DNA of 64,000 nucleotides from contig OZ176054.1 in assembly GCA_964247055.1 (NCBI GenBank), forward strand, positions 6,200,001 through 6,264,000, given 5' to 3'. A program made the position numbers and the translations under genes. Below the pieces are notes generated by a model. The model was not told the DNA's origin and made no database searches. It was given only the letters and a program-made list of their open reading frames with translations. The DNA is from Paragordius varius. Lineage: Eukaryota; Animalia; Nematomorpha. Below, piece by piece: positions 57,176 through 64,000 of this stretch (positions are counted from its first letter, which is position 1; each line of letters begins with the position of its first letter).

Positions 57176-60100
57176 AATACATCTTTCCAATTTTCATTTA
57201 ATATCATAAACTCTATTTGAGAAGTAAAACAATATTTTTATAAAATTTATGTGAGTTGATGGAAAGTCAGAAATATTTGGCTTCTATAAAAATGCTTTTT
57301 TAATACTTTACCTTTTGATTTTTAAATAAAATTTTGGGGTAACTGTATTGAAAAATAAAAAAGCTTATATTTTTTAAAGTTTTTTAAGCATAGAGTCCAT
57401 ACAATTGGGTCGAACATCATAATTACAATCAATATCAAAATTTGTTGGTAAAAGATTGGAAAGCCGTTAAAGTTAAGTATTTTTTAAGCTACAATATACA
57501 TTAATTTGCCGGTTGTAATAGCGATATTAAAAAATTCAAAAAATGGAGGCAAAAAATTTGAGATGAGTCTTTTACAATTGATAAAAACTTTTTACCCATG
57601 CGCCTAAAAGGCTAAAAACCATAATTTTAAGTTTGGTCCATTTTTAAAAATTTTTATGATAATTAGATTTTAAATACCTAGGGGGTATAAAACTAATCCA
57701 AAAGGTAATGAAGCCTTTACGCCAAAATGTAGTCGAGATTATAATTTTTATATACTAGATGGCATCAAAAAAATTTAAAAAGTCCATATTATATTTATCA
57801 TATTTTTACAAAACAACGGGTTCATATTTAAATACTCTAACCTACTACAAATTTATAAGCCAAAATTAATAAATTAAATTTTGAAAAAAATCCATAAAAT
57901 AGAGGCCATTTTAGGTTATAACATTTTTGCATAATAACGTCTTTATTTGCTAACGCCAAAAAAGCTAGTTCTATATATAAATCCCAATATACTCTCCGAT
58001 ATACACAGAAAAAGTGGTTTATTATGCATTAATATAGCTTATACAAACATGTCATATTGACTAAATTTTTACCTTATTTTACCATAAAGTAATATCATTT
58101 TATAAATTGATTTGCAAAACTTTTATATAAACGAAATCTCTTGCGATGATTTCTTGTTCCATTTTTTAAAAACAATTGATTTCAAACAGGCCTGGGGTGC
58201 CAAAGACTCAATTTGAATCGGAGATTGAATGAATGTGTATCCAAGTGTTAATAAAATTTATACTTTGACGAGAAAAATATATTTTATCAAAATTTTGCAG
58301 AAGCTTACTTCGTGCCATTTGAGACAATGGAAACGGAATAAAAACGCTTTAATACTTTTTTCTTAAATTCGAGGATGTGAAAATTTCTATTATTTCAGAA
58401 TTTTAATTAACAAATTACCTTAACTCAAATTTATGTCTGAAAGCAAATAAACCTTTAAAATGAGGAAGAAGTGTTTACTACCAGCGAAATTTATGGAAAT
58501 AAATATTTTATTTACAAAGCGTTTATTTAGAATGTATATTTATGAAGTTTGGTCAAATATCTCCGTGAAGGAAAGTTTAAATTGGGTAAAAACCTCAAAA
58601 ATGAATGAGGTTTACCTATAAATCTTGAAGTTTAATTAATAATTATATTTTATTATATTATTTTTGAGTTTAAGTTCGTTACTTTAAAATAGGGGTTGGA
58701 TTTACAGGCATCTTTATTTCAAGAATCCAACGAGCCGCATTATATATATGTTAATATTTAATTGCCTGAAAAGTTTAACCCTTTAACTTTTGTAAAATAT
58801 TAATTTTATTTGTTTTTCAAATTTATCACAGACCCATGAAAACTAGCGTGCTTTAAAAGATGTGCCACATATAAATATGTTTCGGTCATATTGGCAATAC
58901 GCTTTCTAAATGCTCTTTGTATGATGATAAGCGATATTCAGACGTTTAATTTAATTGATAAAAATTTCTCTTGGTAAGAAATTACTTAAATTACATTACC
59001 CTTTTAGCAAAATGTTTTATTTATGACTAGGCTAAATTTTAAAGGCTAGTAAGTAAAATTGCTTTTTTTCCATAAAATATTTAACACTGCCCTCAACACT
59101 GATGGAAAAAAATATGCAATGTAGGTTTTTCTCGACCCATATGCATAAAGGAATCCATACCTGAACTTTTGTTACAACTTTGGTTAGTTCATAATTTACA
59201 GTAAAAATTGTAATTATCTGGACGAAATTTTAACTTAACAGACAAATTTTTTATAACAGACACAAAAGATCAAGATAAATTTTTCTATACGGACAATACA
59301 CTGAAATATAATAGGATATGAAGAGGAGCCCTCAATAATATTGAAAAATAATAAACCTATAAGTTGTCTAAATTACTATGTTTTATTTTAAAAAGCTTTA
59401 AAACTATGACATAGCATATGATATTCACCCGACTTTAAAATAAACTATTTTTGATTAAACAATTGAGATTTTATAATTTTATATGAATAGGATTCAATAA
59501 ATCTCGCATTTAATAATGCAAAATTTCCCTTTAACATTTTTAACTCCAATCACCTTGTCATAAAATTGTAAAATGTTAAAGTTTTAACAAACATTATTCT
59601 AACTACACTCCTTTAAAAAAAGCTGCTCTGTACTATTGGAATATAATAATATTCCAAATTTTCATCATATAAAGCTTATTTTAACATATGCGCCTAAATC
59701 TTATATTAAGGTTAAATCTAAAATATCAACAATCCAATGGGCTACACAGACTGTATTTTAAATTAATTTACATATCAACATTCTTAAATTTCTTATTATG
59801 TTTAAAAACGATCTATTAACCAGAAGTTGCTCTGTATATTTTCAAATTTTATACCGTATAAGCTCATTACGCAGATGATTAAATATTATTGGTCTGCCTT
59901 TGGTGTCAAATATAACTACAATGGTTTTAAAAATTAGTGCAAAAGAAACGAAATGATCATTTATTAATATAATATTTATATGAAAATATAATAAATCAAT
60001 TGTAAAAATTAAAATAATTGAGAAAAAAATTAAAACACAGGTAAATGCCCTAATTAATATCCATATCCGAAAACAATTACTGATTAACCCTATCAATCGC

Positions 60101-60611
60101 AATAAATAAGAACGGGAACATATTTTATAGTTTTTTTATGATTGTAATGAAGAGATTTCTAACTATTAGATATAAGCCTGGATCTGAAATATAAAATATT
60201 TTATTATGGTGTATAAAATTAATATATTGAGCATCCCAAACATTTATATAATTGCTATAGACTGTATTATACAAACGATGATATATTATGTCTTTTCTAG
60301 TTTGCTTTTTGAACAAGAGACGAAGATGTCGGTCAAAATTGTGGTTAGCATATTACTGAACGATTTTCTGCAAATCATCCAAGAAATTTAGAGATGAAAT
60401 ATTTTTTTCCGTAGGTGATATATCAATAATTAATTTTGGGCGGAAAAATATTATAAAATATTTTCTGAAATTAAAGGAAAAAACGAATGTGGGTACAAGA
60501 TTAAGAGCAAGATAATTAATTTGAATTGGTAATAAAAAAACTTAAATAAAGTTGAAAATTTATTTGATGGGTGTTCTAAGTATTGTCGTAGGAGGGTAAA
60601 TTAGTATGAAC

Positions 60612-61275
60612 TAAGGTTGTGCTGACCAGGTCATGACCAGGTCTGTGACTATTTTTTTGACCATATCATTTTAAATAACAGCTGTTTTTTCAAAAAATGC
60701 TGCTAATTTTTTTTTGGAACAGTATAGTAAGATTTTATTGTTTTTTAATGTTTTTTTTAAAATATAATTTAAATTTTTAAATATGCTTATTTAACAATAT
60801 AAAATTGTAAAGTATGCATCGTTTTAACATTAGCATTTAAGCATTTCCAGTTATTTCGAAAAACAAAACAATCCGCTTTGCAAAATATGCAATTATTCCA
60901 TACATGTGAACTAATAAAATGAAAAAACATTTTGTAATTGTATATTACAATGATGAAAGAAAATGTAAAACAAACTGTGTAAGCAATGTATATGAAGATT
61001 TAGAAGGCCACAAACATGTGGTAAAATTTATTTGAAAACAAAATTCTTGATTAAATTTGATTTAAAATATTTGTAAATAAATACCAAAAAAATATATAAT
61101 ATAAACTTAAAAAAACGTGACATTATTAGTGAAACGCAAGTTTAAGCATTATTTTCACAATCCAATATCGCATAATATTTATTTAAGTAAAAAGTGGTCA
61201 TGACCACGGTCATCACCATGGTCTGACTGGGTCTGACCGGACTTTTTTGTAAAAGCAGTCAAATGCACAACCCTA
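60612..61275. mobile_element. 664-bp hAT MITE
   Basis: TIR TAAGGTTGTGC / GCACAACCCTA, perfect 8-bp TSD GTATGAAC, subterminal TGACC/GGTCA repeats. Confidence 0.9.
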
Positions 61276-61663
61276 GTATGAACTCATATTGGTACACAAT
61301 TGCATTTCCGTATTTTCTTTTAAATACATGTTACCCTCCTGTCAAAAATACCTAGTACACCTACCAAATTTTGAACTTTTCTAAAATTTAGTCTACCTAC
61401 TGTAAATTGGAAAACACCATCTTTACATTTAATAACGACATAATATGGAGATTATTATTATTAGCCTACCTTTGCAATTAGAAGTCATAGTACTTCCTCT
61501 CAAGCAATAGGTGGCTCTGATATGATAATTGGCTTGGCCTAAGTACAATCGGTTACCCTCTCCGGGCCTTAAGTTCTCTGTCTCTTTCATAAACTATAAT
61601 GGTCTTAAATCTTAAAATGCTCAGTATATATAACCCTAACTGACAGTGTTTGCCCGTGTTCAT

Positions 61664-61707
61664 GTGTGACTGATGAGTCGACAACATGGATGAAACGCGT
61701 CTCACAC
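61664..61707 (+). ncRNA. Minimal type I hammerhead ribozyme motif
   Basis: Stem I GTGTGA/TCACAC, core CTGATGA, stem II GTCGA-CAACA-TGGAT (imperfect), GAAA, palindromic stem III ACGCGT, GUC cleavage triplet. Confidence 0.8.
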
Positions 61708-62039
61708 CATGATGTCATCTCAAAATTTTCTTTTCATAAAGCTACCTATTGCTTGATAGGAAGTACTTTGACTTCTAATTGCAAAGTTAGACTAATATTA
61801 ATAATATCCATATTATGTCGTTAGTAAATATAAAGATGGCGTTTTCCAAATAGATTTTAAACACATTTTGAATTATAAACAAAAAATTATATCCTTCCTT
61901 AATATATTTTTTATTTAAGTGAATTTGTTTGAGGATATTGTTATCATTTTTTAATCTATATATTTATAAAAATGGAAAATGCTGCTATACTCTAAAAAAT
62001 AAGAATATGTTAAATTATATTTAACACATAAAATGGCTT

Positions 62040-63931
62040 TCAACGTTTCAACATTTAATTTTAATTTTTTTATGTCCACACTTAATTTATTTTAGAAAAA
62101 ACGCGTTTAGTCGCACCGTTAATACCAGGTAAAGAGGTCGCCAATCCCACGTTTTTTAAAACATTATTGTAAGGAACGTAGTTTGTTTCAAAACGATTAG
62201 ATTTTTCCAACCATTTTTACTGTTATTTTTTCTGATGCCCATAAGCTTTTCCTTATCAATATATTTTTTAACCAATGATACTTCATTAAAAAGATCATTT
62301 TCTGAAATATTACTATTTGGAAATTATAGAGAAATATAATCAAAGGATTTTTGAACATCGTACCAAGTAAATTATGGTTCTAACGTAATCCAATATAAAT
62401 GATCAATATCATTGAATTGTACCGTCTAGTCTTCTAAATAATCTTTGCAGTTGATATAAAACCTTTTTATATGGTTCATGATATCCTGATGGTTTATTGC
62501 ACCTTGCTCTTCGAGCTCGTTTATATATTGAGAATGGTAAATGGTAGGAACTTATTTCCTAACCTCTCTTGACATTGGTATTTATTATTAACTTCATTTG
62601 CTACTTCGATTGCAGATGTCACCTTCAATAAGTTTTTCGAGAAAGAGCTTGATTTTGTAGAAACTCTAGCCATATTTTTGAAAATTACTTTCAAAAAACT
62701 TATGTAAAATTGTAAGACATTTGCGATAGAAAGTAGGATTTTAAGAGATCATCATGTTCAAAATTCTTAGCTGGCAGAAGAGCTAACCAAGCGTTTTACA
62801 GTATCCAAGTATTTTCTGATATTCAATTTAGCATTTCTACGCGTACAGTGTATATATAGGAATAAGAATATATTTTAACAACAGTATTTTCCAATCTACT
62901 GATAACAAGTCAGCAGCTGTTTGAATAGCGTTATGTATTTGCGCTGCACACCCAACACCAATAATATTGTGATTAGATCTTTCGCTAATTTATAAAAAAT
63001 AATTTGTGCCTCTTCTCTCTTTTTCTCCGATATTAGTACGTATTTGCACAGTATGCGATAATTATTTGTTTAAAAATATTTTCCAAAATATCAATAATAG
63101 AACTTAAAATTATTTAAGAATTTTCACCAGGTAAAGAGTTAAAATTATAATTTACCCCAGTATCTGAATCAAATTATCTTATGGTGGTTGGAAATGATTT
63201 TATTTCTTTATGATTAGATGAGTCAGAATATATGGATATAAAATCAATTTTTTTGTAAATTATTTTTTATTTCGGAAAATGCATATGGGGAAAGCACATT
63301 ACTTATTGCCTCGGCCTTTGTTCCAGCACAGGTAAATTTATTAAATAGCTTTCTGATAACCTGTCATGTACAATCTATAGATTTGAAGGAATGATTGTGA
63401 TTAACAGGATAAATGATATAACTCCTTTTGCTTTATTTTGTTAATTTTCATAAGTTGTTTTTTGAAAAAGATCTGGCATTTTGGAAGATGATGCAGCAAT
63501 ATTTAGACATCTTTTATGTTCTGTGTCTACAAATGCTTTGATATATCATTCTTTCCGCCGTGCAAAATACTGAATTCGCCGTTGCATGCTTGACATTTAA
63601 CTATGTAGTCCTTTTTAGATTTTTTATAAAAGGAAATTCTCTTAATTATCGTTGAGTTTACATTCTCTTTTCGTACTCATTTTGTTTAAAACAAAGATGA
63701 TTATATCAATATAAATAAATTATTATAATTTTCTATGGGAAGCGTAAGTAGGAGACTTGATTTGACTCTTCAGTTAGCAGTATGAACACAAAAAAGCGTA
63801 AAACAATGAGTTTAATATAAAATTTATCTGGATTAAAAGTCGGGATTTTTTCAAAAAAAGTAGCGGGACGTAGGACAAATGGTAAAAAATCGGAACTGTC
63901 TCGCCTAAAGCGGGACATCTGGTCATCCTTA
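62040..63931 (-). mobile_element. Degenerate hAT (Blackjack/hATx-like) transposon with decayed transposase
   Basis: The end at ~63931 reads TAAGGATGACCAGATGTCCCG on the minus strand, with GGGAC subterminal repeats. Minus-strand remnants include IIGVGCAAQIHNAIQTAAD and SLPGINGATKRVFSKIN*VWT, with many stops and frameshifts. Confidence 0.75.
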
Positions 63932-64000
63932 GAATAATGTTTTTTAAAAATCTAAAATTTTACAATTATATGACAGGGGGATTGAAGTTAATAATGTGAA

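Noticed and set aside
61631-61640. TAACCCTAAC telomere-like repeat
   Set aside because: Less than two units; not distinguishable from chance.
57200-64000. Short 60-86 aa ORFs in the ORF track (also many elsewhere in the window)
   Set aside because: They have I/F/K/N/Y-biased composition expected from AT-rich non-coding DNA or lie within transposon remnants, with no motif or splice support.

Overview
AT-rich genomic DNA with GT-AG introns, from an animal (probably an invertebrate; the organism cannot be determined from the sequence). No rRNA, tRNA or CRISPR features were seen. Host genes reconstructed by hand from spliced exons: SAP30BP/HCNGP (+, 5'-truncated, to 2371); EXOC2/Sec5 (-, 15798-2899); an unidentified multi-exon candidate (+, ~15865-17938); a DESI1/PPPDE peptidase (+, 23034-31867) followed 159 bp later by a separately starting PUL/ARM-like ORF (+, 32026-35354); and AFG3L2 m-AAA protease (-, ~54716-37398). 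Introns and intergenic DNA are packed with transposons: a nearly intact 2.7-kb hAT with a perfect 8-bp TSD, several hAT, CACTA-like, TTAA-type and Tc1-like MITEs, a foldback element, a Helitron and a related ~155/315-bp satellite, a near full-length RTE LINE with a Penelope-like element nested in it, and a hammerhead ribozyme. The most unusual signals are (1) apparently obligatory 23-27 nt introns at the first coding intron of three conserved genes, (2) an apparent split of the DESI1-PUL gene, and (3) two minimal hammerhead motifs, one with a possible G3-C8 core swap. All homology calls are from recognition of motifs, not database searches. Exon coordinates are hand-counted and those marked ~ are approximate.
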